NCBI RefSeq assembly: GCF_009914755.1
Contig: NC_060926.1
Source of the DNA: the human T2T-CHM13v2.0 reference genome, Homo sapiens
Length of the DNA: 64,000 bases
Reading direction: 5' to 3' (one strand)
Position numbers and translations under genes: made by a program. Positions 26,517 to 41,206 of the stretch are shown piece after piece. Within the stretch, counting starts at the first letter, position 1; the number at the start of each line of letters is the position of its first letter. The notes below the pieces were generated by a model. It was not told where the DNA came from and made no database searches. It saw only the letters and a list, made by a program, of their open reading frames with translations.

Positions 26517-28722
26517 TTGTCAATGTTTGCAGGCAGAGAATAACGAATTCTTGTTATTCAAGCTGGTTTCTGTACGGTTTAGCCCAATAGAATGCCCTTA
26601 AAGGAGGATTATGTGTGGATTTTTATTCTATAGGTTTTCTATAAAATACAGAAAAAAAAAACCCAAACCAATTTGAAACTCAAGAAAAATGATGCATGAT
26701 CAATGTTTTAGATCCATATACCTGTTACTTATGGTCAATATAGCTGCATCTTCATATGGGCATTCTATTTTGGTTAGGTTTTTAGTTTATTTTCCCCATA
26801 ATGAGCAAAATCTATTTCTAGCTAATTTAGGGTAAGTGATGGATTAATTGTATTACGTTTCTAAGTTAGTATTATTGGAAATCCATAGACATCATTGTGT
26901 TGCTATTGTTTTAGGATGTTAAAACTTCTGCTCTGGTTGTGTATTACCAACCATGTTTTCCAGCTGTGGTGGCTTATCTTACTATGATAGGATTTATGTA
27001 TTTATTATCATGCTTCAGACAAAAAGATGTACAAGGAAAAACATTTTGACTTCATTTAGAGTAAATATGAAACAAGGCAGGTCTCACTGTTGAAATTTCT
27101 TTATAGTAACACATTTCTTGGTTTGTTCTTTGCAAAATTTTGAACAATTAAATAAGTATCAAAAAAGTTAGTCTTGAGGAATAATTCCTGGACCTGAAAA
27201 GGAGGCAACACTGCAACTCTCACCCTAAATCTTTCCTTTCCTTTAACTCTCTCTCTTTCTCTGTGTGTGTGTGTTTGTGTGTGTGCTAGGACTGTTGGTG
27301 AGGAGAAAAACTGGGGTGAGGTCAAGGTCAAGAGACAGAGTAGAAAGACAATTTTAGCTTTGGCTATTTTAATTTCATACTCAGCGCTGAATTTAATCAC
27401 TTTTTTATCAAATGGAATTCTAAAGCTATATTCTGAAGAATCACATTATGCTTAAAAAGAATATATTTGAATGTAATTTTGAAAAATTAACCAGTAATTA
27501 AAAAAATAAGAACACATTCTGCAATGCCTATTTAAAAACTTTTTAAGAATTGCATTTGGTGTTCTGTTACATTATTAATCCAGGTAAACTTCCTGCATTT
27601 ATTCACACAGGTGGGTACATTTCATCACAACCACATATGACTCAGACTTCTAAAAAGTAAAAACATGACATTTTTGGTTAATAATTATTTCAGCAACATT
27701 TCCCGAGCATCTTTTATATCATAAACAACGTGGATCCTGATTCAGCTCTTCTGGATTCCATAATAACAGATGGATTGCGAGACTGTTTACTGCTGCTTCC
27801 CACAAACTTCCTCTTTGTAAACTACTATATTATTTATGAATCAGAAAAGTTTCAAAGAAGCCTCCTATCTGATTACTGCTTACTGATGAACTTGCATCAG
27901 AGAAACTTTTAGCCCAATTATCCCAGTTTGTTACAAAGAACTGTTATTATTTCAAAGTCTGAATTTGTTAACTGGTTACTATGCCTGCTTCTTTGTGCCA
28001 TTTTACTCACAAAGTCCTTGTCAGACAGATTGCAGTAACTCTATCCTCAGGAAACAGGTCATAGTGAATATATCGGCACTGAAAAATGAAGGCAGACTAA
28101 TACCAAGTATTTTATAAATAGTATTACCACATCAGGCACTTTGAGATCTATTTGAAATATGCTTTGGAAAATATTACAAATGATTTGGCTTTGAACTGAT
28201 TTATATTTATCTTTGTGGAAAATCATATCTAGGTTTGTGCAACAATGCAGTCATGGAGTTTGTAGACATTTTTGGTCACTAAACTTGACACTTGTAATTG
28301 TTGGTTTGAGTGTCATGCAGGAATAAATGCTGAAACATAATGAAGCTGCAGTATACCTCTTTAAAGTTTATTTGAGCCACCATGACGGGCCTGATCCATT
28401 CTGATTTTACAATTTACTTTAGCAATAGAAGCAACGTTTCTTTTCTGTGAGTGTGTGAAGTGGGCACAAAGATACCCACACTGATAGGTTTTTAATTAGA
28501 CTCAAGAGAAAAGGAGACAAAACCAAAGGCAAACAAAACAAAAATCTCCCCTAAAATGAAGGCCTGCGAATAAGCCTAACCTTGCCTTCCGATTTCCACC
28601 CTCTGTGCTACATTAACGCTATGCAACAAGATTATGATTAATTTATCATGACCTTGATAAGAAACATATTTACAGAAAAATGTGGTCAATTACAATTGTT
28701 CTTGGGCTGAATCTGAGCTAGT

Positions 28723-28723
28723 T

Positions 28724-28765
<42 letters not shown>

Positions 28766-28800
28766 CAGAGACACAGAGAGAGAGAGAGAAAGAGAGAGAC
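28723..28800. repeat. (GT)n(GA)n compound microsatellite
   Basis: Direct reading. Confidence 0.95.
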
Positions 28801-31800
28801 AGGACCAGTGATGTCATCATCCTATCAAAAATATAATTGTAAATACCCTGATTATGAACTGAGCAAGTTCTCACCCTGCCCCTAGATGCTGTCCTCACCG
28901 TTGACTCTCGCTGCCCGCATGGGGACCTAATGCTGCGGCAGAGCAGCTGCAGAATCCCTGCATGCCGAACTCAACCAGGAAGAAGCCAGTGACAGATGCC
29001 TCTGCATTTTATGCAAATAACAACTTCATGGATCAGTTTTCCTTTCCTCTATGGAATATAAGCATCTGGAAAATAGAATTCCAAGGGCCTTAGCACATTA
29101 ACAAATGAACAGAAATGACCAAACCACGCAGGTATAACAGGACTGACCTAGAATGTCAAAGAGGAGTGTGTTCATTAAAGCCCTAGTTTTATTGTAATTC
29201 TTTCCCACTCAAACTGGGTGCTTTTCTCACTTCCTAGTACTTTCTTTCCATAAGTCTGTAGTAATTGAAAAGTATATTGTTTTATATCACTGTCTCCCAG
29301 CCACTATCCCATCGTTTTAGAGTACATGTAGTCAGAATAAATAAATCAACACGTTGGTTGAAGATGTGTTTAAAATGGTTCTAAACAAAAGCAAAAACAG
29401 AACAAGAACATTCTTCCTCAGAAAAAAGTTATTTTTTCAAAAGTAGAACTAAGTTTCAAAGCTTAAGATTTTAGATATTTGCAGTTAAATAATTACTTTT
29501 TTTTATATTGCTGTGCCACTTAACATATACTTATGAAAAATCATAAGCTTTATAATTAAAGATGCAGCAAACATTTATGTATATTCTGACATTCAGCTTC
29601 AGCTTCTAAATGGAGATTACTACTATTTCAATACATAAATAATTTTATAGTACTCTCATTTGCTTTAAGAAGGCTTTCACATTATACCTAATTTTATGTA
29701 AATGTTATTCAGATTTCAATCCAAGAGTTCTGTAGGGGAGGTTAAAGGGTGTTTATCTTGATTTGTTAAAATGCACCATTAAAATTAAGCAGTGACAAAT
29801 ATTATGACTTTTTAAATTGTTCTAAATGGTTTTATTTGTTTATTAGTTTTGTGTTTGTACAAAATATTTTAACTCTTTAAATGTAACCTAATTTGATGAA
29901 TTGTTCAAATAGGAGGTATACTCAGCAAATAGATCTGGTAATCTCATAAATTCAAAAATTAGCTTGTATTCTTAGTAAACCTCCTTTATGAGTATTGTTT
30001 AATGAAATGAAATGATATATGTCACATTTAGAAAAATTAATGATGATGAAAATCAATACAAAAAGAAAGCTTTGATTATTTTATATTCTAAAAGGCTACC
30101 CTTTATGAAATGATCATAAAAATTTGTGCTTAAAATGTATTTATTGAACATACTTTTTTAATGTTTGGGGAGAACATGTATTTATCTAGAGTAATCACAA
30201 AAGAAAAGCAAATTGACAAAGAATATTTCACTAGTTTGTTTTAAAATACTTCTGAAATTGATATTTTAAGGAGAAAAGGAAATAGATCAGAAATGTTTCT
30301 TCATAAAAGTAGGATTATTATATTCCTACATATTGCTTATGAAAAGTAATCAGCAAAGAGGGTATAGATAAGGCATGGCTCTAAATGAAACCTTAACCCA
30401 AAATTCAAAAATCCATTTCAGAATCAAGTATTAATAAACTTCATTTTAGTTTCTCATAAGTGCAGCTGCATTTTCTGTTTAATTACAGGTTTTCAACAGT
30501 AGTCATTTTTCCTTGACCTACGTACTCAATCTCAAAAGTCAGAAAATTGCTTCTTTTTAAAAACTGACAATGGCACGGTATGTTTCTAAAGAAAAAAGAC
30601 AAATTACAGAAAACCATTAGTTTAAGCATATTTAAATAGCCAGGAAGAAGTTCTAATAGAAAACTTGGTGAAATATGAGAAAAAGTTATGAGTTGTTTTT
30701 ATTGCATGGCATAACATAAATGTTAAGATATTAATATTTTCTTTTTTTCTAAAAGTAAAGTAAAAAAATTTGTTGTATAATTGTAAAAAGCCCAATGCAT
30801 TAAAGATGACTGGTTTTTTGCTCTTGTAAAAGGGATTCTTTACAATTGTAAATTTATGGAGATTTGATCTGCAGCCTGTGTAGTAGATGAACAGGAAAAG
30901 TCATTTTAAAAGTGAAAAATTTAGCTTATTAAGAGATGTAGAATAAAATAGTAAGATAAGTAGAGAGCAGAACATTGGCCTTTGAAAATGTAATAAGATT
31001 CATCTTATTTACCCATTATTTACTGACAAATCGAAGCAGAAAACATATTTTTAATTTAAATTGCTAAATCACAATAAAGAGTGTAAACATTCAGGTTTAC
31101 TTTTAATGAAAAACAAAATAATCTCCCTTATTTAATAAAATAGATTCTCAACCATAGAAGTGAGGAGATGGGATTTTTGTTTATTTGATACAGAGATTTT
31201 ATGTTTTTGCCAAATTGTTAAGCCATCTTTTGTAGCTTGTGAATTATTTGTGGGTTAGGGCACAAGTCATTGATTGATGACAGAAAGAAAGATTTAATGA
31301 ACAATTATTCACTATTCAATTTTCTTACTTTTATCACATTAAAAAACTTTTTTGTATGTATTTATTGAGAGTTCCCCTGATTCCTTAGATGGAATTAAGC
31401 AAATTGCATAAAATAAGTCAAAACTGGCAAAAGAATATTCTTTCTAAATCTTAGTTATTAATAATTTCCTTTCCATCATTTGTGATACCAACACATTATG
31501 TCTTCACAGTCAAAAGGTGGTTTCAATACCCAGGTTAATTAAAAGGGCCAGGTTATAGAATCTGAATCATTGGTACCACCGAGATCTGTTGAGAATAATA
31601 GATCCAGCCAGGAAGCCAAGGGAAACTTTTAATAAAAATCAGAGATGCCAAGACATTCAGAGCTTTGATCTCTGCTCATTTTGATAGATTTGATATCAGT
31701 GGAATGACCCCAAACCCCCTTCCAAATGCAAAAACTCAAGTTGTCCTGGAAGTCAGGACTCACATTACAGTAAATTTTATGTGAGAATACCATTGACATT

Positions 31801-32439
31801 TAGCTTAATTTCCCCCCCTAGAGTTTCAAATGATTGTTGTATTTTGTAATTTACTTAGTAAAATATCTCTTACAATCTATCATTTCTTGTGAGCAAGGCC
31901 CAAGTAAGGATGGCATTCAAATGCCCAATAGCTTCCTCGGAGGCTACGAATTAAAAATACAAACTTGTGGCTTAAAAAAAGAGGCTACTAAACACTGAGA
32001 AAGAATTGGGATTTAATCAGCTGGGCAGCAGTGAGTCTGCCCGTGAAATTTAATCACAACATTTCTTCCTGGGACAAAGACTCATGTAAAAATGATTCTT
32101 TGGAGTAAAAGAGACCATGAAAATCTAAATAAAAAATAAATACACATTTGCACCCAATTTCTTGTAAATTATCAACTCATAAGAGACTTATGTGTCACAG
32201 TCAGTGACTACAAATTTTCTTGCCAGTGAATAATATTTTATATTGTCCTTATGAAAAACAGTTCACCCATAAAACAAATGCATAACAATTTTAGATACTT
32301 TTTTAATGGTGTGAGAAATTTAATGAAGGAAGTCCCCACAAAGTGAAGTAACTACAGACTTTATGTTTACTTATTAATTTGTTGAGATAATAAAATGAAA
32401 AAGGTAAAAATAAGCTATAGGTCTACTAGACAGGGTATT

Positions 32440-32575
32440 GGAATATGTTTTAAGAGTCCAGGGAACCAGTTCTAGGTCCGACAGAGCTCTCTGTGTCTTG
32501 GTTTCTTCATGTGTAAAATGAGAATTTAGGTTTAGATGATCTCTTGGGTCACAGAAAGTTCTAAAATTCTACAAC
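32440..32575 (+). mobile_element. MIR3/MIR fragment
   Basis: ctctctgtgtcttggtttcttcatgtgtaaaatgag ... tagatgatctct. Confidence 0.6.
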
Positions 32576-35500
32576 TTTGAAAGTTAAGGATAAAATGCCT
32601 CTTGATTTCCCTTTTTATTTAAAAAGTATTGCTCACATTCTTACTATATTACCTTTCTGTGTAACATGCCCAAACTTTGGTAAAAAAATCTAGAAATGCA
32701 TTTTGGCATGCACAAAGGAAGCAGTTAAAGTTCACCTAGAAAATGAAGAGTAAAATGACTATTGAAAGGAATGGAATTGCTGGAATGAAATTTATAGTAT
32801 TACCACAAAAACAGGTAAATGTTGAAAAGCCATCATTTACTGAACAAGGATTTCAGAGTAAGAAAAGCACTCCCTCTTCTTTCTCCCATTACAAAAAAAA
32901 AAAAAAAAAGCCAAAGAGACAAGAAAAGAGAAGAGAGAGAAAGTGAGAGAGTGAGAAATATGGGCTAGCTATCTTTGCGTTTACCGCAGGTGTCCCATTT
33001 AGGATCAAGGGGATTTTCATCTCTGGCATGCTATATTTTGTAACCACTAAAAATATATAAGCACTTTATTAAAATGGCAAGGCAATGAGGTAATAGTTTG
33101 AGCAAATAAGTGCATAGGCACAAGTAGTTAGGTCAGGGAAATCTACAGGTCACAGAGACTGAGTGGCTGAGCCAGAGGTAAAAAGGAAGTTGGGTGATGA
33201 GGAAAAGATAACCATTAGCAGGGTAAGGGCCATGTGATAGAAATTACTCGAGGGATAATTCACCACTTTCACCCCTCTTATCTTTGGTCCTCTTTAAAAA
33301 AAAAGGAAAAGCAACAATAACTATAGCCTCATAACTTCACAGCTGTAGTCTTCTGAGAAAGCCACAGTTGTTTAGGAAAATCCCAATTGACTCCTGTATC
33401 TGATGCTCTAAATTCTTAAGACCTGTGGTGTTACATCATTAGCTGTGAGTGTCTGGCAGGCAGCTGGGCATTAGTAGATCCACGTCATCAGCTTTCATTA
33501 TCTTCTTTATTTGCTGGGAAACACTGGTTGTCAACTGAGTGTTTTGGTGGGCTATTAGCTAAAGTCTAGCTATGATGAATTGACTTAATCCCTTTCCATG
33601 GGAGAAGATGTCTTGCAACAAGGCTGTAAGCATGGACTAAGATTCACGGTAGCTGGTGCGTCCTTTGCTGACTCATCCCATGACATATACTCTAATAAAG
33701 GGCTCAATTCAACTGTCTGATAAAGGCACTCTACAGGGTTAAGACTCCAAAAATTTAACAATCCGGAAGGCAGGCACCATCATCAATAAGGAAGATAGCC
33801 TTGAACAGGTCTGGGTTCTCTAGGCTGAGTACTGACTTCAGCAGTGTGGGCTAGTAGCCAGCATCAAAATATATTCCTAAAGAGTGTAAGCTCCAAAATT
33901 CAATATAAGATGTAAAAAGAATCCTTTAATTTTAGGTACAGCTCTTGTGGTTATTATTATAATACTATGATTTGGGTTAGTATCTATCTTGATATATTGG
34001 GCTCACAGATGGTTCTTAAAAGAAAAGATCAGAATTTGGGGTTAATTTCCGAGACGCGTAGGAATATTTCAATTTATAATTATTCTGTTATTTATTCATT
34101 TTAGTTGTTTAAACTTTACATGTTGGGAAAAATTAGGAGCAACTGCCGTTGTCTCTTCTCCTTCTTTCTCTGCATCTCCTCCTGTCCTCCTCTCGGTCCC
34201 AAAGTCACTTGCTCAGTACTGGCCCCTGTGGTGGGTTTGCCAATTGGCCGTATGCACCTAGAAATGGTGTTTCACTTTCCTCATCTATCCGTTATTCTCT
34301 TTCGTTGCCTAAACTTTCAAACAGTTTGAGGTTCAGAATATGTTTTATTGTGATGAGTCTTTTAAAAGCAGGCACAGAGATATGGATTAATTTTATAAAA
34401 AGAAGGAAAGGATATTATTTGATGGTGGTAAAATTTTTGTATGCAAGGTCTCATTTTCCCATTTGCTTGAATTACAATTTCAAAAACTCTTTAGGTTTAT
34501 TTCAAATATTTTTTTCAGATGGAAAAATTTCTGAATGTTAAGCTTTTACATTTTTATCTCTAATCCATCTTCCCCACTCCTCTATCACTGACCTACAAAT
34601 GAAATCAACACTTAAATGCAAAGGCACAGCAAGTTTCTCACATTCAGTTATCACCTTGGAGCCAAGCAACTTGGTTTTATTAAAATTTTATAAAGTTTAA
34701 CACTTTATCATGACATAGTAGATTTATTCAATTTTTATACATTTTATAATAGTTTAAATTTTTATTAAGAAATAATTATGAATATTTGTTCTTTCATGTT
34801 ATCCAAATATTTATAAAATCATAATTAGGATATGAAAAAATGCTTTTCTTCTTTGAAATTTTTCAATGAGTCCTGGTGAGTTCAAAAACTAACCTATTCT
34901 TCTGTGTCACATTAAACATAGAAATGTGGCTTTTGGGACTGGACACAATGAATCCTTCTCAGACAGTAAAATTTTCATTAGGAGAATAATAAAATGCTTT
35001 TAGCAGCATGAACTATTTCTGGTTTTCTCTACTTGGTAAAGCATCTGCTTTAAATTCCAGGTTGTTTGGCTTATGATTGAGATCATCTTTAATGTCACTG
35101 GGATGAACTTTAACAAATCTATAAAAACTTGTTAAAAATAGCAACAAAATTTGGTGAAATTTAGTGGGTATCCTGTGGTATTCATATACACATCATCTGT
35201 TTTTATAAGTATAAAAGTAAGATAATACCTCTGGACTTTACTCATAATTACAATATAGCCTCCTTTCATGAACAGAAGAAACATTTGCAAAATTTAGTAC
35301 AGAAATTTAGGGAGGAGGCGTAGATCTATAGAAGTGGGATCTCAGAAATAGGATTATATTAAATCATTATTCTGATTTTGGTCATGTTATATTTAATTTG
35401 AAATAAGCCATTATTTTCCGTGGCATTAATAACTGGTAGTTAAGGAAAAACTGGTTATATAAATAAACTTATAAGTGCAGTTGCCTCACACCTAAGTGAT

Positions 35501-36524
35501 AGAGCTAATCTTGAAAGAGAAAAGTGGCCCAGAGACCTCTTTGTGTGAAGTATCTCAACATATTGCTGCCTGTTATATTGTACCGAACACATGCACTTCT
35601 GTTTAGTAATATTTTGGGGAGCTGAGATTTAGGGAAGAAAAGACTGTAGCATCTTTGCAACTAATTCTAAAGTTTTATAGGGTTATTTATTTATTGGTAC
35701 TGTGATGAACATGCATTATTTGTAATAACATTTTCAGTTTAACATTCCTTTTTTTATTTAACTCTGATTTTTAGACCTTCGAGTTTTTCTTTGCTTTAGC
35801 TTGGGAAAACCAAATAAGTGCAAGTTTCCTCCAAGACACCTCATGAAAACATTTTTTTTAAATAAAATCAAGAGTGAAACGAGTCTATATTTATTTGGAA
35901 GATCATCTGACTACTGCTAAATGGAGTATCTCAATCTGAAAGTGAAATCTGTTTCACTGCTAAAAATTGCCAAGAGTTTTTTGACTGAGATTTGGGAATC
36001 TGCAGAAAATGTAAAAGTTTTTTTTTTTTCTACAATAATCTGTTCAGTGAACAAGCTGTGAAAAATAGTTCTGTATTTTGTCCATGTGATGCAGCAGACG
36101 GTAAATTTCCATTTTAAAGAACGATATGAGTAGCTTCTGGCACCCATATCTATTGCCTTACTCGAATCTACTTACACTGAGTTACAACAATGCAGTTTAT
36201 TATTTCTTTAAAGCAAAAAATAACAAGAGATCTTATATTCTTTTTTTTTCTACCATAGCTCAGCTCTATTCCTCTATCTGGGATCAGAAATGTGAGGGCA
36301 CTCTGAGGCCTTATCAAATATGCCTTAAAATACCACATAATAGTAAGAAGATACTATTTCCCTGCATTTAATACTTTGCATTTGAAGAGCTTTAAACAAT
36401 TTACTATTTCTTTCTAAACATATTTTTTGAAGTAGGTTGTCCCGTAATGAATAGTTACTGTAAACTCTTTAAGGATAATTTTTTAAAAAGTATAATTATG
36501 ATTCTTATACAAACATAAGATGAA

Positions 36525-36800
36525 CATGTGTTAAAGATTTTATTACATTAATTAATGAGGAAAGCAGTAAGATGTTACCTACTCAAAAAAGGATTCAAAT
36601 TCACATCTACACACATACAGGCAGATAAACAATGCTGAAATGAATTTACAAATAGAAGCAAAATGGATCAATATATGAGGCAATAATGAATTGCATTCTA
36701 CAGGTCATACCTTATTTGTATTTCTATGAACAAGAATGATTTGCATTATTATTAATTTTCTATAAGTCACAGAGATAGAAAATAACTCAAAGACAACAAA
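36525..36800. mobile_element. Probable ERV internal-type fragment (family uncertain)
   Basis: tgttaaagattttattacattaattaatgaggaaagcagtaagatgttac resembles a recalled ERV-internal motif. Confidence 0.35.
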
Positions 36801-39299
36801 AGGTAGGGATGGCCCAGAAGGGTGTACTAGACAGGATACCTAATAATCTTTTTGGGTTTATCTCAGTTTTACCCAATTTTTACCTAAAGATCCAATTAAA
36901 AAGTACTTGTCACTTTTCCCACTGAAATTAATAAATTTTGTTTTCTGATTCACATTTCCCTTTTAAATCAAGTGCCTAGAACAATGTCTGACACATCGTG
37001 GTTGATATATATTTGCTGAATAGATGAAATTTTTGTTGTGTCTCCTACTGAACATTTTCCTAATAACCCAGTGGTAGAAATGAGTATGTTATTTTGTCTG
37101 CAGATCTCAAGCATGCCAGAAAGATTCTGAAAGAAACTTGGGGCAGCTTTTAAGGTTTTGGTACATATCTTTCTTTCGCCTTTGATCTTTAGAGTCAATG
37201 ATGCATCAACTAAGGGAGTATGAGAAAAATAAAAGAAAACCATGAGTCAAATGTCCACTGTATTTCCAGTCCTCCATGGCAGAGATATAAACTCAGGTGG
37301 GTGAAACTAACATCAGTCTGGCTGTTGGGTGAGTCATCTCTGAGGGCAAGAAATCTTACCTCTCTGAGAACAATAGTGTACCACGCTGGCTTATTGCAAA
37401 TCATATGCTTATTGTGACTTGGATTTTGATAATGTTAGATTGTCCTGGAGTTTATTTTTGTTCAGACTCAATTTATTTCAACTAAATGATGACCTAGGAA
37501 GTATGGTTTCAGGCTTAGCAGAAGGGTTCTGATGCCCGTATAATCCTTTTCTTCCTAATTTGTCTGATGCCTAAAATTCTGCCATTATTATCCCATCTCT
37601 TTATCACACTGTGACTTATCAGCTGCAATGATTCCAATTATGTATGTACACATTTTCTTTGGAGAGGCAAAAATTCTTGATGTTTTCAGTTTCCACACTT
37701 CATTGGGAAGAACAATTAAAGATCAGGTTGTGATTTGTTGTCCTATTAAGATTTTGAAATAAGTATGTAAGACAACTGGGTGCCAAAGGTGTATGACAGG
37801 TCAGAGAAAGGTGAAGTCAGGAATGAGAAAGTACTACAGGACTGAGGTCACTTTCTTCAACAGACTGATGGCACTAACCCTCTTCTTGCTGATATCTCTA
37901 AAATATTTTATGCAAAAAATACTGTGTCAGCAGCAGCATCACAAAAGCGGAGGGTATTCTTTTTACCATGGAAAAACTGAAAGGTTTTCATAACTAGCTA
38001 TTTTGAGTCTTTAGTCATTGAAATACTTTGTTATTTATTAAAAAGTTGGTGACCTTCTGATAGCTTATCACACCGATCACTGGTTTATGGCACACCTAAG
38101 ATTCTCTTATAGTTTACAAGGTATTTTCATATACATTATCTCATTTAATCTTTATAATAATCCAGTAGTCCCTGGCTGTGAAAAGTGAACTTTGACTCCA
38201 AAAGTGTTTTTTTCTCACTCAAGGCAGGCTGTCCTGGGTGAAATAAATGACTGTAACATAATCGTTTTGTTCTCATCAACTATATGAATGGTAGAAGTTG
38301 ATTACCACAAATTATTTTTGTTGTGGTAGCCCATATCCTGCATGAAGATAATAAAAAAAGAAAAAAAACTCTGCAGTCACAGCCTGATTCATCTGCCATT
38401 TATAGGTGTGGTTTAGTCTTTCCTTCCTCTCAAGCTTTTCTGTTACCACTGAAAAAATTAGTTCTATAAACACTTCAAGTCTTGACTCACTGTCACTTTG
38501 CACTTTGTCATCCAATATTTTCAGATACAATAAAATTTGTATGAGAGAATCCTGGAACATAGGTTATTCATTATTCTCATCTGTAACTCTCTATTAAAGC
38601 AGTAGGAGTTTTGGAATGATATTTGGACTTTGTAAATAATGTAAAGGTAAGCATAAGTGATCTTCTGATAGTTCTTACTCTAAATAGCCAGTGTAACTTT
38701 AAACAAGTGACTTACTTTTCTAAAGTGAAAAGAATAATACTCTCAGTTTAGAGCATAAAAGTATTGTGAGGAGTAAGGGCAGTGAAGTATTCTTAGTTAA
38801 AATATGTCATTTAAATGTAAAGCATTATTACTATGAAAAGGAATAAGGGACATGAGTTATGTTATGATTAAATTTGCTTTTAAACTCTTGAACCTGAAAG
38901 GCCAAAGAAGTCTGTATTTCTGTATCATTGTGTATCCAATAGCTATCTGTCTCAAAAGTGACTTTGAATGGATTTTTATTAAATGAGTGAATAAATTTTA
39001 TTACATTCTCAACTGGCTTTATTTAGTAGACAGTTTTACAAATTTGAATGGCTCAAGCATGGAGTGAAATAATTTAGGTGTATCCTTAAACAACAGCAGT
39101 GAATTCAAATTTGTATGTACTAATTAAAATTCTAGTTTGGAAAATCATTAACTTTAATGTATCTCAAAACACCTTCCTCTGCCCACTCTTTTCTTACAAT
39201 ACATTTTTTATTTTAGATTTTGTCTTATCTACATTGATTCTAACATTTGTCAATTTTTGGTCGTCCAGAATCTCTGTTATTTCAAGCACCTTCCCCGCC

Positions 39300-39712
39300 T
39301 TTTAGGAAATTGCATCTCTCCTAGTATACTTCCCTAGTACTGTCATGGGGCAATTGAGTGTCGATTTTGGCCAATTAGACCCCCTCTTTGGGTACATCAA
39401 ATTTGAGGAAGTGACAAGGCCTGAAGCATGACTAGAAGTTCTCATAACAGCAGCAGTGGCAGCCATGGCGGCCTGTAATGGTGGTGGCATCCTGGCCAGC
39501 AATTCCAGCCATAAGCTAGCTGGGTGCTGTGCTTCTGCTTCCTGTTTCTTAGTCCTTTGAAGGGGCCTTGAATCCTGCCTATACCAAAGCCCAGACTTCC
39601 AGCTTCCTGTTCATTTTGTGAGGCGTACAAAAGTCTTCCAATGAACTGACCTTTTGCCTAAAGTAGTCAGAGTCAGTTTCTGTTGCTTGCATCCAAGAAT
39701 TCAGACTGAAAC
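39300..39712 (+). mobile_element. Old MLT1 (J/K-like) MaLR LTR
   Basis: 3' end agtcagagtcagtttctgttgcttgca...ctgaaaca. Confidence 0.6.
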
Positions 39713-41059
39713 AATGATTTGTGTTTCTGAGGAATAGCAAGTGAAAAAAAGAAAAGTTCCAAGAGTACTACTCGGTTCCATGTAACCATTGAAATGTTGG
39801 CCACTATTATTATTACATACTCTTCTTTTAGCACTATCATATAATATTGTAATTGTCTGTTTAGTTTGTCACACAGACTTGAATGCAAACACTTTGCAAG
39901 AATTTTGTCTTAGTGATTTTTGCATCTAGTTCAGTACAGGGAATATAGTTGACATTCAATAAATACTTGTTGGTTGGACCAAAAATAAGTTAAAATTGGC
40001 ATTATTAGGCATACTATAGGCAATAAATTTAATTAAATTCACTATTAAGTTTATTTGATTTGTTGAGCCCTACTAAGTCCAAGTTCCTCTGAGAATTATA
40101 AATATGAATAAGTCATGCTGTTTGCCCCTCTACCTTTAATACATCTGTAATTTCATAATGAAGAAAGGATAAAATAAGAAACTCATATTCACTCATATTC
40201 AGGTACATTCCTCGACATGAAGATATCTTTTTCGTGAATTGGATATTATGGTATTATATGATAAATTTGAATCCTGCCCTTAAGACTGGCTTTTTCCAAA
40301 TAGAGGTGTGATTTAATACTAAATACATTAAAATTGATTAAAGAGTTAAAAATGTAGGTATTCTATGATTTCATCTGGTGATTTGGATTAAAGCTGACTC
40401 ATTAGTTTCATAATCAGGGATAATTGAGATTTCACTATTTTTAATTGATATTCTGATTTTAATAGATTTCATTAGAAGTAGAAAGAGTATTTTGTATTTT
40501 GTACCAGAAACTTATTTTTTTCAGTAAATGACCATTCACAGTATGAGTATTCATAAAATATTGATAAAATCAAATGAATCTAGCAGTTGGACTGAGTACT
40601 AGACATATTTATTTAAGCCTACATGTACATAGCCCTTATCAGAACACACAGACTCACAGCTATATTTCTACATTGTAATATATTATAGGAAGCAGGAAGT
40701 AAGACAAGGGTGGACACCATTCTCAAGGGTCTGACTTAATAGTGACCTGTAAAAGAGAAGTGTATTTTATAGGAAAGGGTAAGCCCACATCTCAGTATTC
40801 TTAGAGCTGGGTTTTCCAAGTATGGACATCTACCAGTGGTTCCTCAGAGTATGGAATGTGCACGAGTTTTGCCCTATCAACTGTTTTTTTGTCTGCTCAA
40901 GACAAAGTATTGCCCCAGAATATAAGTCATCTTCATCACCAAATACACCAAGTGTAGCTAACAATTTTTTTAGCAAGACTTTATTAATGGAGGAATCTAT
41001 GTATTTTTTACAGTCTGACATGAGTTCCTTACTTCACTGTAGACCAAAAACAAACACTT

Positions 41060-41206
41060 TGTAGGAATCTCTTGTTAAAATGCAGTTTTAGGGCTACATA
41101 GGACACCTATTAAATAAAGCATTTGGGGAGGATAGCCACTAGAAATCTTTGTTTTTAATAAACTCTGAAAATCATCTTTCTATACATTTGATGTTTAAGA
41201 ACCATT
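41060..41206. mobile_element. MER5-like remnant
   Basis: cttgttaaaatgcag ... gtttaagaaccattg. Confidence 0.5.

Noticed and set aside
35131-35142. MEF2-like ttaaaaatag sites (also ~58885)
   Set aside because: Expected by chance in AT-rich DNA
40830-41021. Protein-like 63-aa ORF (KKLLATLGVFGDEDDLY)
   Set aside because: No family recognised, and no poly-A/TSD or splice context; a BLASTP or PhyloCSF check would be needed
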